Source of the DNA: a virus
Lineage: Duplodnaviria > Caudoviricetes
IMG/VR virus record: IMGVR_UViG_3300008255_000162
Location: 1-52,841 of that record
Reading direction: 5' to 3' (one strand)
DNA: 52,841 nt
Each line of letters opens with the position of its first letter. Positions within the stretch are counted from its first letter, which is position 1. The translations under genes and the position numbers were made by a program. Below, in pieces: positions 9,469-20,120 of the stretch. Under the pieces are notes generated by a model. The model was not told the origin of the DNA and did no database searches. It saw nothing but the letters and a program-made list of their open reading frames with translations.

Positions 9469-10380
9469 ATGACCCCCGAAACAATGCCTCACAGTGAGAC
9501 TTCTGCCGGAGGAACGACCAGCGGCACCAGCGGTGCGACTGGCGGTAGTGATGCCGGTGGATCCGGTGGTGGTGGTGCCAGTACAGGTTCGGGGGGTGGA
9601 ACTCCTGGTGGTGACACTGGAGGATCCGGCGGGATGCCCCTCGGTGAACCGAACGGGGGGTCTTCGGTCGGAACGGAGGACGCGTTCGACTTCGAGCAAT
9701 GGGATTTGTCCAAGGAATCCCTCCCCGCAGCGCATCATCCGGTATACGACCGGTTGTACGGCCACCTGACTTCACAGCACTCCGAGGAACTACGTCAACT
9801 CCAGTCGGAACTGGACGTGTGGAAGGCTCTCGGGAGCGGTGATGAGGCTGCGAACACGCAGGCGAAGATCGACGCCATTCGTTCCGAGTACGCGGCGAAG
9901 ACTTCTGACCACGCGGAGCAGATCAAGTCGTGGGAGCAGAAGTTGGCCGAAGCGACCGCCGGTCGGGGCGACGCGGAGGCGATCATCGAACGGTACCTTC
10001 AAGACGAAGCCGAACGCTTCGCGCGCACGAATGCGGATGTCTTGAAGGATCCGGAGAAGAAGGCGGTACTGATGTACTGCACCGAAGGGAACATCGATCC
10101 GTACGACGCACTCGATCTCGTGAACTACCCGAAGGAAGTCGCAGCCCTGGCGATCTGGCACGTCAAGAACGGAGTCGCTTCAAGCTCAGCGGTACGACTC
10201 GCCATCGCCGATTCGACCGAGCAGACCGCGACCGGAGCGAACCCGGCCGACGAGATCGCGTCTGGTGTGGATGATACCCCGTCGCCCGGAATGGCCGGGA
10301 AGGGGCAGAAGCCTGCAATTGAGAAGCTCCCACTGGCGGACGCGAGGCACAGGGCTGCTATCGAGGCGCTGGGTGGGTGA
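9469..10380 (+). CDS. Capsid scaffolding protein
   Basis: G/S/T low-complexity N-terminus, acidic coiled-coil body, directly upstream of the major capsid gene; AGGAG RBS. Confidence 0.7.
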   Translation: MTPETMPHSETSAGGTTSGTSGATGGSDAGGSGGGGASTGSGGGTPGGDTGGSGGMPLGEPNGGSSVGTEDAFDFEQWDLSKESLPAAHHPVYDRLYGHLTSQHSEELRQLQSELDVWKALGSGDEAANTQAKIDAIRSEYAAKTSDHAEQIKSWEQKLAEATAGRGDAEAIIERYLQDEAERFARTNADVLKDPEKKAVLMYCTEGNIDPYDALDLVNYPKEVAALAIWHVKNGVASSSAVRLAIADSTEQTATGANPADEIASGVDDTPSPGMAGKGQKPAIEKLPLADARHRAAIEALGG

Positions 10381-10408
10381 AAACGTAGGGTCGTGTCAAC
10401 ATACGGGC

Positions 10409-10437
10409 TTGACGCGGACCTCCCTACGTAGTAGCTT
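10409..10437 (+). promoter_or_regulatory. Sigma70-type promoter for the major capsid gene
   Basis: TTGACG-17 nt-TAGCTT upstream of an AGGAGG RBS. Confidence 0.6.
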
Positions 10438-10456
10438 CACAGAGTAGGAGGCTTCC

Positions 10457-11581
10457 ATGGCCGTCGATACCGGCAAGACCCCACAGCAGATCCTGACCGA
10501 CAGCATGTCGACCATGCTGCCCAAGTATGAGGTGCTGTTCGCGCAGCACAGTCCAGTTCTCGGAAAGATCCTGACCGGCGGGAACGTCAAGGATCACACC
10601 GACAAGACTCCGTACATGGAGTTCCGGATCGTCGATGAGAAGGGATCTGGGCAGGTCGTGCAGATCGTCACGACCAACGAGGTGTTCCCGTACACTCAGG
10701 CCGAGATTGCGGACAAGGGGTACACCTTTGCGACCCGTGATCTGTACACCTGGTCGGTTCCGATCCCCGAGATGATCCAGGCGAACACGCCGGAGGGGAT
10801 TGAACACCTGCACAAGATGTACCCCGAGATCAACTTCATGCACTTCACGCAGAAGCTGATCCGCCAGTTCCTGATCGCGTCCGGCGAGATGCCCGGATTC
10901 TGCACACTCGACGGATCCGCGACCTACAACCCGAACGGTACCGCCGTGGACGGGGTGTTCGAGGCTCTGGCAGGTCCGTCTCAGAACAACACCGTGTTCG
11001 GAGTCGGGAAGCCCTCCGCGACGATCAATCCGAAGACGAACTGGTACCACCAGTATGGACACGTCACGTCCATGTCGTCGCTGACCGACGGCGAGTTCAA
11101 GATCCTGGAGCCGTACACGATCGCCTCGGCCAAGGGTCAGCCGATGATGGGTCCGGTCGACATCATGGTCGCGGATCTGCTCAGCGTGCTGACCTACATC
11201 GCGATCAAGGGCACCGAGGTCATTCAGCAGGGAACTCTGAAGGGCTCCGGGGGTTCGGAGAACCTCGCCCGCGATGGGATCAAGTACCAGGGCGCGACCC
11301 TCTACGCTGACCTCTTCCTTGACAGCGCCAACGCGACCGTCGTCGCCAACGCCGGCATGTGCTATGGGCTCAAGACCGAGACGTGGCACTTCTGGCGCAG
11401 GGCGGAACCCTCGGTCGACGGCAACATCAAGCAGCAGAACAAGGGCAAGCTGTTCACCCTGCGCGGTCCGATCCGTGTCCCCAACCAGGACAAGTACGCG
11501 TGGGAGTACGTGTTCGACGGGCAGGTCTTCTGCACCTTCCTACCGGCCAACTTCCTCGTGACCGGGATGCAGAACGCGTAA
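10457..11581 (+). CDS. Major capsid protein
   Basis: 374 aa after the scaffold; strongly biased codons; strong RBS; HK97-like size and C-terminal beta pattern. Confidence 0.8.
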   Translation: MAVDTGKTPQQILTDSMSTMLPKYEVLFAQHSPVLGKILTGGNVKDHTDKTPYMEFRIVDEKGSGQVVQIVTTNEVFPYTQAEIADKGYTFATRDLYTWSVPIPEMIQANTPEGIEHLHKMYPEINFMHFTQKLIRQFLIASGEMPGFCTLDGSATYNPNGTAVDGVFEALAGPSQNNTVFGVGKPSATINPKTNWYHQYGHVTSMSSLTDGEFKILEPYTIASAKGQPMMGPVDIMVADLLSVLTYIAIKGTEVIQQGTLKGSGGSENLARDGIKYQGATLYADLFLDSANATVVANAGMCYGLKTETWHFWRRAEPSVDGNIKQQNKGKLFTLRGPIRVPNQDKYAWEYVFDGQVFCTFLPANFLVTGMQNA

Positions 11582-11652
11582 GCGTTCCGCCTCCTGATCC
11601 ATACAGGTCGCTATGCGACCCAACCATCTTCTGAGATCAACCTGGAGGATCC

Positions 11653-12165
11653 ATGAGCGTCCTGACCTTCCCCGAAACCGGTCTGCTCGCGCAGGATGAC
11701 ACGCAGAAGTTCCCACTCGGGTTCGAGATCACGTTCCCAGCCGACTTCGCGCTCGTGGATGAGGACACGACCACCTACCCGATCGTCGATCGGGGCGCGC
11801 GGACGTTCGTCTACGTCTACAACGACTCTGGAGCGACGCTGGCCGCGCGCTACATGATGCGCCGGAAGGCCGGAGAGGCTAGGGCTCGCGCGCTGATCGG
11901 GGACGCAACGACCGAGCGTGAAGGGTTCCTCGGAATCCCCATGTGCGACATTGCGGATCTGAAGTACGGCTTCGTTCAGAAGAAGGGTCCGGCGTACTGG
12001 ATTGGTGACGCGGGGAACGATCAGGTCAACTCGGGTGTCATGTGCAATGCGGCCGGTGAGTGTGATGCTGCTGCTGGCGTGATGGTCGCCGGGCGGGTCC
12101 TCGGCTGGGCGTTCGCGTCGGACGGTGGTGCGGCAGTGGCCGTTCCGGTTCACATCGACATCTGA
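11653..12165 (+). CDS. Capsid decoration/cement protein
   Basis: Small A/G-rich beta protein right after the MCP (FVYVYN...GFVQKKG); GGAGG RBS. Confidence 0.6.
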   Translation: MSVLTFPETGLLAQDDTQKFPLGFEITFPADFALVDEDTTTYPIVDRGARTFVYVYNDSGATLAARYMMRRKAGEARARALIGDATTEREGFLGIPMCDIADLKYGFVQKKGPAYWIGDAGNDQVNSGVMCNAAGECDAAAGVMVAGRVLGWAFASDGGAAVAVPVHIDI

Positions 12166-12266
12166 TCCATCCCCCACCCCCCTGGTACCGAAGGAGAACT
12201 CCGTTCAAAGAGTCAGGACCGCTGCAATCCTGATCTTCTCCGGTGCCCCCCCTTCGGACGTGCAAC

Positions 12267-13733
12267 ATGAACAGGCTACAGCTTCGCGCTCGCATGTTCG
12301 CACAGTCCGACTACGCTCCAACCGCCTCGGACGAGGAGGTTACCCGAGCGAACGGGATGATCAATCAGTCTCTGGAAGAGATCGTGCTGGAGCAGCCGCA
12401 CCTCTTCCGAAAGAGAACGACTGTATTCCCCTTCGCGCCGATTGAGGGGGATGTAGAAGACCCGACTGACCGCATGAACGTGGTGAATACTGCGTTGGAG
12501 CAACTCGGGTACATCTGGGAGCTACAGGCTGCGGTTCAGCCCGTTTGGCCGACCGGTACCGATGAGTGGTCCTGGAACATGAAGGTCCAGGCAACTTCCG
12601 CGTACGACGGTCAGGTGCATGAAAGGCTGATCCGTGAGATGTGGACGGTCGGGGGGAAGATTCGCCTGTCACTTTCGGCGCCCTGGCCGAAAGTGGACGA
12701 GACTAATCTTGAATACAAGATTTACCAACCGTTCATCTGGCTCCCGCCCGATCTCGTGCAGATCGAGAGTGCGTTTGCGTGGCCGTCAGGAACGGGAGTC
12801 GCCTCTTGGGCCGGATACGGCCCCGCTGAGTTCATGGCCGGTCGCTGGACGGCGGTAGGGCGCGCGGACGTATTCAACGAGTACGGAATCGACTTTCAGA
12901 TCGGACCGACGTTCACTCCCCCTCCTCCCGAGAACGCACCAGACGTGCAACTGGTCGGGGAACAGGGAGGGCATCCGTGGGATGGACCGGATCCCGCTGG
13001 TGAGCTTGAGTACATCCTAACTCTCTGTATGGGTCGGCGTCCCGTCGATACATACTCGGGGAAGGGATTCAGAGAGCCCCTGTTCGAGTCGCATCCATCG
13101 CCTGCTTCGACCTCAATCGTCGTCGCGTTCGGGGGCCCGGGAGTTCAGATCAATCTGCCCAACATGGATTGGATGCTGAACTTCTACCCCGGACTTCCGA
13201 CGATCTTCGCACCAGATCGTGACACACGAGCGGGGACCTTCTGGCGGATCTACCGTCGAAGAAAGACCGCGACCATTGACAATCCACCGACGAATCTCGT
13301 ACTGCCAACGATGGTGTTCACGCCGGACGCGTTTGAACTTCTTGCCGAAGTGCAAACGCACGAGACCGTGTTCTACGACCAGGGACACGACATTACCGAC
13401 AAGACCGTTCGCCTGAAGCCGCACCAGTCGTATAGAAGCATCCTTCTGACTCAGCCGGTTGCCGATGATCTTCGGATCGAAGTCGTAGGCATCGTCGCCC
13501 CCCCACCCCTGGTACACGACACGGATGTTGCTGAGATCCCAATCGAAGCAATGCCCTTGCTGGTCGCGAAGTGCCTCAGGTATTGGGCGGCGCACATTGG
13601 CGATCGGGATCTCGTGAATGATGCGAAGGAAGACGCCCGCGCAGCATCCGACGTGATCAGTCAAACCTTCGGAACGCTTGTGGACGGCATCCGTAGAAAA
13701 GAAAATCCACGTCGAAGATTCCCTAGAAGATAA
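12267..13733 (+). CDS. Head-tail adaptor / tail tubular protein A-like, with large insertion
   Basis: N-terminal helical LRARM...N.MINQSL.EI and C-terminal L..DTDV.EIP....LLV pattern of podovirus adaptors. Confidence 0.55.
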   Translation: MNRLQLRARMFAQSDYAPTASDEEVTRANGMINQSLEEIVLEQPHLFRKRTTVFPFAPIEGDVEDPTDRMNVVNTALEQLGYIWELQAAVQPVWPTGTDEWSWNMKVQATSAYDGQVHERLIREMWTVGGKIRLSLSAPWPKVDETNLEYKIYQPFIWLPPDLVQIESAFAWPSGTGVASWAGYGPAEFMAGRWTAVGRADVFNEYGIDFQIGPTFTPPPPENAPDVQLVGEQGGHPWDGPDPAGELEYILTLCMGRRPVDTYSGKGFREPLFESHPSPASTSIVVAFGGPGVQINLPNMDWMLNFYPGLPTIFAPDRDTRAGTFWRIYRRRKTATIDNPPTNLVLPTMVFTPDAFELLAEVQTHETVFYDQGHDITDKTVRLKPHQSYRSILLTQPVADDLRIEVVGIVAPPPLVHDTDVAEIPIEAMPLLVAKCLRYWAAHIGDRDLVNDAKEDARAASDVISQTFGTLVDGIRRKENPRRRFPRR

Positions 13734-13748
13734 GAAAGGAGGAACAAC

Positions 13749-14084
13749 ATGAGCGCGAAGCCGACCAATCCCAATCAGGACTGGCGCATGTACGGTGATG
13801 GGGATGAGGTTTCCAACCGTCCGACCCCCCTCTCAGTGTGGCAGCGCAAGACGCCGGACACGAACGGAGAGGATGAGGTCTTCACCGTGATCTCGATCGC
13901 CGGATCCAAGAAGGGTTCCTGGCGTGCGTCGATCTTCACTCCCCGACTCGGCATGACCGTGCTGGACAGTCGCACGTTCCCGTTCGGGGACTACGAGGAG
14001 ATCGATCCAGCGGTGTTCACGGAGTACAAGCAGCGGCGGATTCTCTTGCGACAGAAGGCGGTCGACGCGCTGTTTGGTGACTGA
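13749..14084 (+). CDS. Hypothetical protein
   Basis: AGGAGG RBS; stop overlaps the next start. Confidence 0.7.
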   Translation: MSAKPTNPNQDWRMYGDGDEVSNRPTPLSVWQRKTPDTNGEDEVFTVISIAGSKKGSWRASIFTPRLGMTVLDSRTFPFGDYEEIDPAVFTEYKQRRILLRQKAVDALFGD

Positions 14085-16105
14085 TGGCGAGGTTGGAGTT
14101 CGGACCGGTCGTCTATAGAGGTGAGGCGGACAGCCTGATCTCGGTGATCGATATTGCCGAACGGGTTTCCAACTTCAAGATCGGACCAGAGAACAGTCTT
14201 GTTCCGGTTTCCGGGCCGGCGCCGTACGTTCCAAGTTATGGTGCAGGTCTGCCCACGTACGATACGGTACATGGTGTGTTTCAGGGGGAGTTCGGCCCTC
14301 CAGACGGACGTAGGGAACTGATCCTCGCGCATGTCGGGTCGGAACTGTGGGAGTTCCTTCCGCACAAGAGGATCTGGCGTACGGTCATAGGATCAGGGGG
14401 GCAACTCGGGGATGCCCTTCCTGATACAGCAGACGCGCAGTTCCCGACACAGTTTGAGGTCGTAGACAGTGGAGTCGTGATCTGTCCGAAGGGGCACTTT
14501 CCTCTGTTCTATGACGGTCGTATTGTATCCAGTCTCGGGTACAACATGGTGCCACCGGCACCGACGCAACTCTACAGACACAATCTTCTCGGTTTGAATA
14601 AGTCTCGGGGGGGTGCGTCCCTGACGTACTTCGGCAATGGTGTACTCGGTACCGTAGAGACTTCGACATCTGGAGATGGAAGTAAATACCGCCGTCGTGC
14701 GGGGTCGATCCTGTACAAGTACGCGTGGATCGATGAGTGGGGGAACAGCTCGCCGCTCAGTTCACCGTTGGTCGTGCGACTTCCCTACGATACGGACCCC
14801 AACGATCCGGATCGTACACTCTCCGAAGTTGGACTCGGGGGGGTCGCCGTTGGGAGGAAGCCAACGCGAGGGCGGCAGGTATACCGCTCTCTGGATGTGA
14901 TCAATCAAGGAACCCTGAAGCTATTCGAGATCATCAAGGCAGGATCTCCCGAGGCTACGATCAGCGATAATGTATCCTCAGCGTGGACGGACGCCATCGA
15001 CAACGGAGAGTTGGGAGCGGAAGCTCCCGAGTACATCTCCGTTCCGCAAGCGCGTCTCGCACGATTAGGGAACGGTCGCTTGTGGCTTGCAAACAGTCGG
15101 GACGAACCGGGTCTTCTCGCTGCGTCGGAGGTGGGTAGATACGGCACCTTCGCGAAGTCGATGAAGTTCTACCCCGATGCGTCAGGTGGGCAGATTACCG
15201 GGATCTGGAGGCATCCAGTCGGTATGCTCATCACGTCCCCCAACGCTCTATTCCTTGCTTCGGAGGGGGATCAGGGTGGGGGGTATCGTGTAGAGCCCAT
15301 TCAATCCGATGCGGGAAGTGACTCTCCATCGACGTTTGCGTCACTCCCGACCGGCGAACCGATCTGGTTGTCCTCTCGGGGATTCATGCTGTTCGACGGT
15401 CAGAAGGCCGTGCCGATCAGCCGGCAGATCGAGGGTAGGTTCCGCCGGTTGAATCACTCTCGCCTATCACAGGCAGTGGCGGCCGTGGATCCTCGAACGG
15501 GAGAGTATCGCTGTTGGGTTCCGTCGCAAGGCTCTACTGATAACGACCTCTGTCTCGTTTTCGACGGGCAGAACTGGCGAGAGCGTGACGGGGAGATATA
15601 CCGATCCATCTGTGTTACTAACACACGTCCGAATAGGATGATCGCTGGAGGCAAGATCAACTCAACTGAGGGCGTTTGGGTTGTCGATCACGCAGACCCG
15701 ACGTACACCCAACCGTCGCGGCAGTACGTTATCGAAACAAGTTGGATCGGATCCTCTCAACTTTCGTTCACGACAGGATTGGTCGTTCATATCTGGCTGC
15801 GCGAACGTACCGCAGGTAGCATTCAGATCGATGCGTTTCGTGACTACCGCTACGGTGAAGTCGTATCCAATCCTGTAATGGCGAATCAGGCGACGGCACG
15901 CCCCCCATCATCGTGGAGCAGAACCACACTCGGTTCGAGTGCAAGATGGATGCGGCGCGGTGTGTTCAAGACGAAGGTGTCTATCGGCATTCCCGGGTGT
16001 GAGGTGTTCAAGATCCGCATGGCGAGCAGTGTTCCATACGAGCCGATCGCGATCTCCTATGACATTGCGGCGCATTCTCACCGTGGTCGGGGGGAGGGGG
16101 CGTAA
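14084..16105 (+). CDS. Tail nozzle / DNA stabilisation protein (P22 gp10 / T7 gp12-like)
   Basis: 673-aa beta-rich protein; RLWLA, WLSSRG...FDG....IS..I patterns; position after the adaptor. Confidence 0.65.
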   Translation: MARLEFGPVVYRGEADSLISVIDIAERVSNFKIGPENSLVPVSGPAPYVPSYGAGLPTYDTVHGVFQGEFGPPDGRRELILAHVGSELWEFLPHKRIWRTVIGSGGQLGDALPDTADAQFPTQFEVVDSGVVICPKGHFPLFYDGRIVSSLGYNMVPPAPTQLYRHNLLGLNKSRGGASLTYFGNGVLGTVETSTSGDGSKYRRRAGSILYKYAWIDEWGNSSPLSSPLVVRLPYDTDPNDPDRTLSEVGLGGVAVGRKPTRGRQVYRSLDVINQGTLKLFEIIKAGSPEATISDNVSSAWTDAIDNGELGAEAPEYISVPQARLARLGNGRLWLANSRDEPGLLAASEVGRYGTFAKSMKFYPDASGGQITGIWRHPVGMLITSPNALFLASEGDQGGGYRVEPIQSDAGSDSPSTFASLPTGEPIWLSSRGFMLFDGQKAVPISRQIEGRFRRLNHSRLSQAVAAVDPRTGEYRCWVPSQGSTDNDLCLVFDGQNWRERDGEIYRSICVTNTRPNRMIAGGKINSTEGVWVVDHADPTYTQPSRQYVIETSWIGSSQLSFTTGLVVHIWLRERTAGSIQIDAFRDYRYGEVVSNPVMANQATARPPSSWSRTTLGSSARWMRRGVFKTKVSIGIPGCEVFKIRMASSVPYEPIAISYDIAAHSHRGRGEGA

Positions 16106-16677
16106 TGTGGGCTTGGATGCCAGAACTGTTGCAGGCGGACGATGTGATGGACCCGTGGGAGTTCTACGAGATCCTCTGCGACTTTCTGGACGTGGGATTA
16201 AATCTCACGGAGCACAACTTCAACTCGTCTGCCTTCGACAACACTACGACACACCCGTCGATCGTAGTCGCGACGCTGACCGAAACCATCGTGGATCCGG
16301 GGATAACCGCTACGTCGGATTTCATTGGGGCGAACGGAACTCGCTGTGACGGAATCGCGTACTGGAAGTCCATCGCATCAAAGTCATACACGAGTCGTGG
16401 AGGGCACGTACTCTGTATCGGGCAGGTTCAGTTCGGGATCGACGTGCTGGGAATCGAGATGGACAAGGTGGATGTCCTTCTCGCGATCGACGGGAATCCC
16501 GAAAAGGGATCCGGCCCGTCGAAGGTGTACTCAGATGGAGTCGCGCACGTCACGATGGAGTGGATCTTCTTCCCGACTCCGGGTGAGCACGTCTATTCAA
16601 TCGTGCTACAGACTCCGAACAACTCGAAGGCTCACTATTACGGTACCATGCTCGGATTGTTGGAGTTTCGCGCATAA
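16105..16677 (+). CDS. Putative tail/virion structural protein
   Basis: Translationally coupled (TAATG) in the tail module; beta-rich. Confidence 0.6.
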   Translation: MWAWMPELLQADDVMDPWEFYEILCDFLDVGLNLTEHNFNSSAFDNTTTHPSIVVATLTETIVDPGITATSDFIGANGTRCDGIAYWKSIASKSYTSRGGHVLCIGQVQFGIDVLGIEMDKVDVLLAIDGNPEKGSGPSKVYSDGVAHVTMEWIFFPTPGEHVYSIVLQTPNNSKAHYYGTMLGLLEFRA

Positions 16678-17396
16678 TGGCCCTTCCCCCGCTGGAACCT
16701 GGAAATGCGCTCATCGCGAGCACGCTGAACAATGCGTTTTCCGGTACGACGTATGACCTTTCTCACGTGGGGGAGGACATGATCCGTGCTCGATCTCTGA
16801 ACATGGATCAGTTCGAGTCGCAAGTAGTTCACTTCGATTCCGGGAGTAGTCAGAAGGAGATCGCCGATACCGTGATGCACGCCTATACGGCTCTGTACGT
16901 AGACATGAATACATGGGGTGCGAATACACATATTGACCCCGCCGGTGGCGGTGGTGGGACTCCGCTCACTCTCGATCTCGGCGCTATCTACGACAATACG
17001 ACTCCAGAACTCGCCGGTGTCCTGATCGAGTTGGACACTTCGATCGCGATGCTTCGCGACGAGGCTGGAGCCCCTGACCCCGCTTCTGACTTCCTTGCAG
17101 CGTTCGTCATCCTGACAAGTCCAGATGCCGTTACCTGGACTTCGGTGAAGCACTCGTACGGAGTCGAACGTGGAGTAACATTCGTCGGCTCCGTCTCTAT
17201 ACAGAGTCGTAACCCTTACATTCCGGTCGCCCTACGAGGATTGATCACCGGGGACTTGCTGCAAACGAATCCTGTACGCTATGTGCGTGGTGCGGTCGCT
17301 CTCGTCGATCGAGATGGCGGCGCTCCGAAATCTCCAGTCGTTAGGTTGCGCGGTACGGTACTGAGTGCGGTTCCCTTCCGCGGAGCGAGTGTATAA
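16677..17396 (+). CDS. Putative tail/virion structural protein
   Basis: Coupled; N-terminal G..L.ASTLNN.F typical of fibre attachment segments. Confidence 0.6.
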   Translation: MALPPLEPGNALIASTLNNAFSGTTYDLSHVGEDMIRARSLNMDQFESQVVHFDSGSSQKEIADTVMHAYTALYVDMNTWGANTHIDPAGGGGGTPLTLDLGAIYDNTTPELAGVLIELDTSIAMLRDEAGAPDPASDFLAAFVILTSPDAVTWTSVKHSYGVERGVTFVGSVSIQSRNPYIPVALRGLITGDLLQTNPVRYVRGAVALVDRDGGAPKSPVVRLRGTVLSAVPFRGASV

Positions 17397-18052
17397 TGGC
17401 GGTAACTGTAACGACTACTTTCACCGATGGGTCTGTCGCCACCGCCGCGTCGGTGAATACGAACGTATATGCTCCGTCTATCGCGAAAGGGAGTCTCGCT
17501 GCGGTGAACTCCCGACTCGACAAGAGTGAGTTGGTCGCGGGCTACAAGGTCGTCTACAATAAGATCCGCATCTTCGAGCTGTTCAGACCATACCAGGTTG
17601 GATCACGGCACCACCTGCACTTTCTGAGCGATACGTTCCGAGAGGGAGGATCCGCGGCAGCTTCGGAATCGTATATTCCCATTTCGGACAACGGAATGGA
17701 GTTCTTCCTTGAAAGGCAAGCTCTCGTCAGACTGTCTTGGACCACGGAATACGCCACCGACGTACAGGATGATGACTCAGCCTGGCTCGGTCTGTTCATC
17801 GGATCCGCTTTGAAGGGTGGGACGGTACATCGGATCCCATCGGGATTGGAAGACGTAGCAGTTGGGAACGCGTGGCACCTCTCAATGTACCGCTGGTATT
17901 GCGGGCACTACTGGTTCGTAGGTAGTGCCGGTTGGAACTCGGCGGGGATTCGGGTCTTTGGCGACCGGAACACCGCGAGCCGCTACGTTGTACGGGTGCA
18001 GAGACGCAGCTTCCGTGTTATGGTGATGCGGTGGGATGCTCAGCAGCAGTGA
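17396..18052 (+). CDS. Putative tail fibre/spike-like protein
   Basis: N-terminal TFTDG.VATAASVNTN motif typical of fibre N-termini; coupled. Confidence 0.6.
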   Translation: MAVTVTTTFTDGSVATAASVNTNVYAPSIAKGSLAAVNSRLDKSELVAGYKVVYNKIRIFELFRPYQVGSRHHLHFLSDTFREGGSAAASESYIPISDNGMEFFLERQALVRLSWTTEYATDVQDDDSAWLGLFIGSALKGGTVHRIPSGLEDVAVGNAWHLSMYRWYCGHYWFVGSAGWNSAGIRVFGDRNTASRYVVRVQRRSFRVMVMRWDAQQQ

Positions 18053-18060
18053 GGTAAGCT

Positions 18061-18522
18061 ATGGGTTTCGCTCGGAAAGAGGAAAAGCGGCTCCTGAAGC
18101 AGGATGCTCAGTCGTTGGGTCAGGATGTCCTGAGTCGCACCGAGCGGGAGGCGTACGGTCGCGAACAGGCGCAGGGTGCTGCTGCTCAGGGGAGATCGTT
18201 GTACTCCGACGTAGCTCGACGGGTGCTCGGATCCGGTGGCGGGGCATCGGCACTCGTACAAGGTCAGGGGGGCGAAGCCCTCCAGCAGATCAACCGGCAG
18301 ACTGGTGAAGTCGCCGCGCGAGGGCGCAAGGAAGCCCTCGACCTGAATCGACAACTCGTAGAGGCTCGCCGTCAGGAGTTCCTGGCCCGTCTTGCACAGA
18401 GAGGGGCAGCCGACTGGAAACGTACGAAATACTGGACCCAACCGGTACAGACCTTCGCCAATAACGCCGCCGGCAGTGCCGGAAGGGCCGTCGGCACAGC
18501 AGTCGGAACCGCTGCCGTGTAG
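18061..18522 (+). CDS. Putative internal virion (ejection) protein
   Basis: A/G/Q-rich helical protein, first of three genes of increasing size. Confidence 0.55.
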   Translation: MGFARKEEKRLLKQDAQSLGQDVLSRTEREAYGREQAQGAAAQGRSLYSDVARRVLGSGGGASALVQGQGGEALQQINRQTGEVAARGRKEALDLNRQLVEARRQEFLARLAQRGAADWKRTKYWTQPVQTFANNAAGSAGRAVGTAVGTAAV

Positions 18523-18530
18523 GAGAGGAC

Positions 18531-20120
18531 ATGCCCGCATCGAAGGCACAACGCGAAGCAATCCGCCCGGACGTTCAGACGACCATCACGCAGGATCCGA
18601 ACGCAAACGAGCTGGTCGAACTGATCAGGAAGTACCGCCGTGGTCGTCGAGCGAACATCGCCTCCATTGCCCTCGGTGGCAGTCGTGTTTTCGCCCCACC
18701 GCCAACGGTCGATCCCCTGGACTATGCGAACGCGCGTGGAAAGGTCGAAGACCGCCGGATCGAAATCGCGAAGCTCATGGATTCGATCAAGAATGCCGAC
18801 GCCGATACTGCCAAGGGGCGATTCGAGTTGGCCAAGGCGCAATCCGACCTCCTGAAGACCATGTTCCAGGAGGCTGCGAACAACCTTCGGGCCTCGGGAA
18901 CCGATTATGCACAGGTACTCGCTCAGCGTCTCGATACCCTCGGGAGCCTGGAAAAGTCGTACGGTGACGACCTCCAGCGAATCACCATCACGAACGACAC
19001 GACCGCAGGGAAGTTCTACCAGGAGGATCTGACCAAGATTCCCGCTCGTGGTCTTCCCATCAAGGACACGCAGGATTTCCTCGCGCAGATCCTGGAGCAC
19101 ACACAGGCACTGGCAGGGGATGACCAATACGCCTACTTGGAGAACATGAACGCCGAAGTGCTCAGTCGGTACGGGAAGTCTCTGGCGGAACTCACGGCTG
19201 ACTCCATGGACGACCCGACCGTGATCGAAACTAAGCAGACGGGGACCGCCACCGAACTGGCACGGTTCCTCCCTACGCTGGGAGATCGGTCGGCACGGTT
19301 GGCCGCACTCGAAGCTAGAAGCAATCTGACCTTCGAGCAGCTCCGCGATGATATCAAGAAGGAAGGGGGAGTCGCCGGTCTTCCCAAGGCGACGCGCGAC
19401 GTGATCACGTCGGTCGAAAAGATGCGGGCCGCCGGCCTGTGGGATCCGGAGGAGATCGCCCACCCGACGTACAAGACCGGTGAGGGTGACGACAAGACCG
19501 CAGGGCAAGCAGAACTCGCCTACCTCGCCGGCCTGGACCAGAGCGCACGAGATGAACTCGCGCGACTCGCAACGCCGAATCGACCGATCCGGTCAGAGGA
19601 AGACGCACGTCGGAAGCTACGTGGCTCCACCGGATTTCAGAATCTGGCAGCCAAGGCGCTCGATCAAGGAGTCAGTGAGGATCAGTTGATCCAGAACCTG
19701 ATTCGCGAACAGCGCAAGCTGCAATCAGGATCTGTGCTGGGTGGTCAGGATCCCCGACTTCTCGAAACCGTACGCAACGCGAACGATGTACGAGGCGAGT
19801 TCGAGGATCCCCCAATCGAAGAGCAGATTCCCGCTGAGCTTCCTGAGAGTTCGGTGCCATCGAGCGCGCCCGTGTACATCCCGCAGCAGCAGGCGCCCGT
19901 GCACGAGCGACCGGCCTCCTCGGCCGAAGGGGATCTCGGTCAGGCGGAAGGGGAACCTCAAGAAGGAAGGTCAGATACTCCGGGTTACAACAACCCGACT
20001 GCCGCCGCAGAGAAGACACAGAATCTGGCAGGCGCAAGGATCCGTGCGTTCTTGAAGAAGTTCGCTGAGGGTTCCGGTAGCGAGGGTGCAGCACTTCCAC
20101 AGAAGGAAGACGTGGCTTGA
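18531..20120 (+). CDS. Putative internal virion (ejection) protein
   Basis: 529-aa helical protein between the tail genes and the giant ORF. Confidence 0.6.
   Translation: MPASKAQREAIRPDVQTTITQDPNANELVELIRKYRRGRRANIASIALGGSRVFAPPPTVDPLDYANARGKVEDRRIEIAKLMDSIKNADADTAKGRFELAKAQSDLLKTMFQEAANNLRASGTDYAQVLAQRLDTLGSLEKSYGDDLQRITITNDTTAGKFYQEDLTKIPARGLPIKDTQDFLAQILEHTQALAGDDQYAYLENMNAEVLSRYGKSLAELTADSMDDPTVIETKQTGTATELARFLPTLGDRSARLAALEARSNLTFEQLRDDIKKEGGVAGLPKATRDVITSVEKMRAAGLWDPEEIAHPTYKTGEGDDKTAGQAELAYLAGLDQSARDELARLATPNRPIRSEEDARRKLRGSTGFQNLAAKALDQGVSEDQLIQNLIREQRKLQSGSVLGGQDPRLLETVRNANDVRGEFEDPPIEEQIPAELPESSVPSSAPVYIPQQQAPVHERPASSAEGDLGQAEGEPQEGRSDTPGYNNPTAAAEKTQNLAGARIRAFLKKFAEGSGSEGAALPQKEDVA

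Noticed and set aside
9500-9670. GGTGGT/GGCGG low-complexity repeat
   Set aside because: Explained by the Gly/Ser/Thr-rich scaffold N-terminus
10424-11389. Long antisense ORFs (e.g. 10424..11389, 18372..19508, 29912..30826, 31369..32187)
   Set aside because: Shadow frames of GC3-biased real genes on the opposite strand
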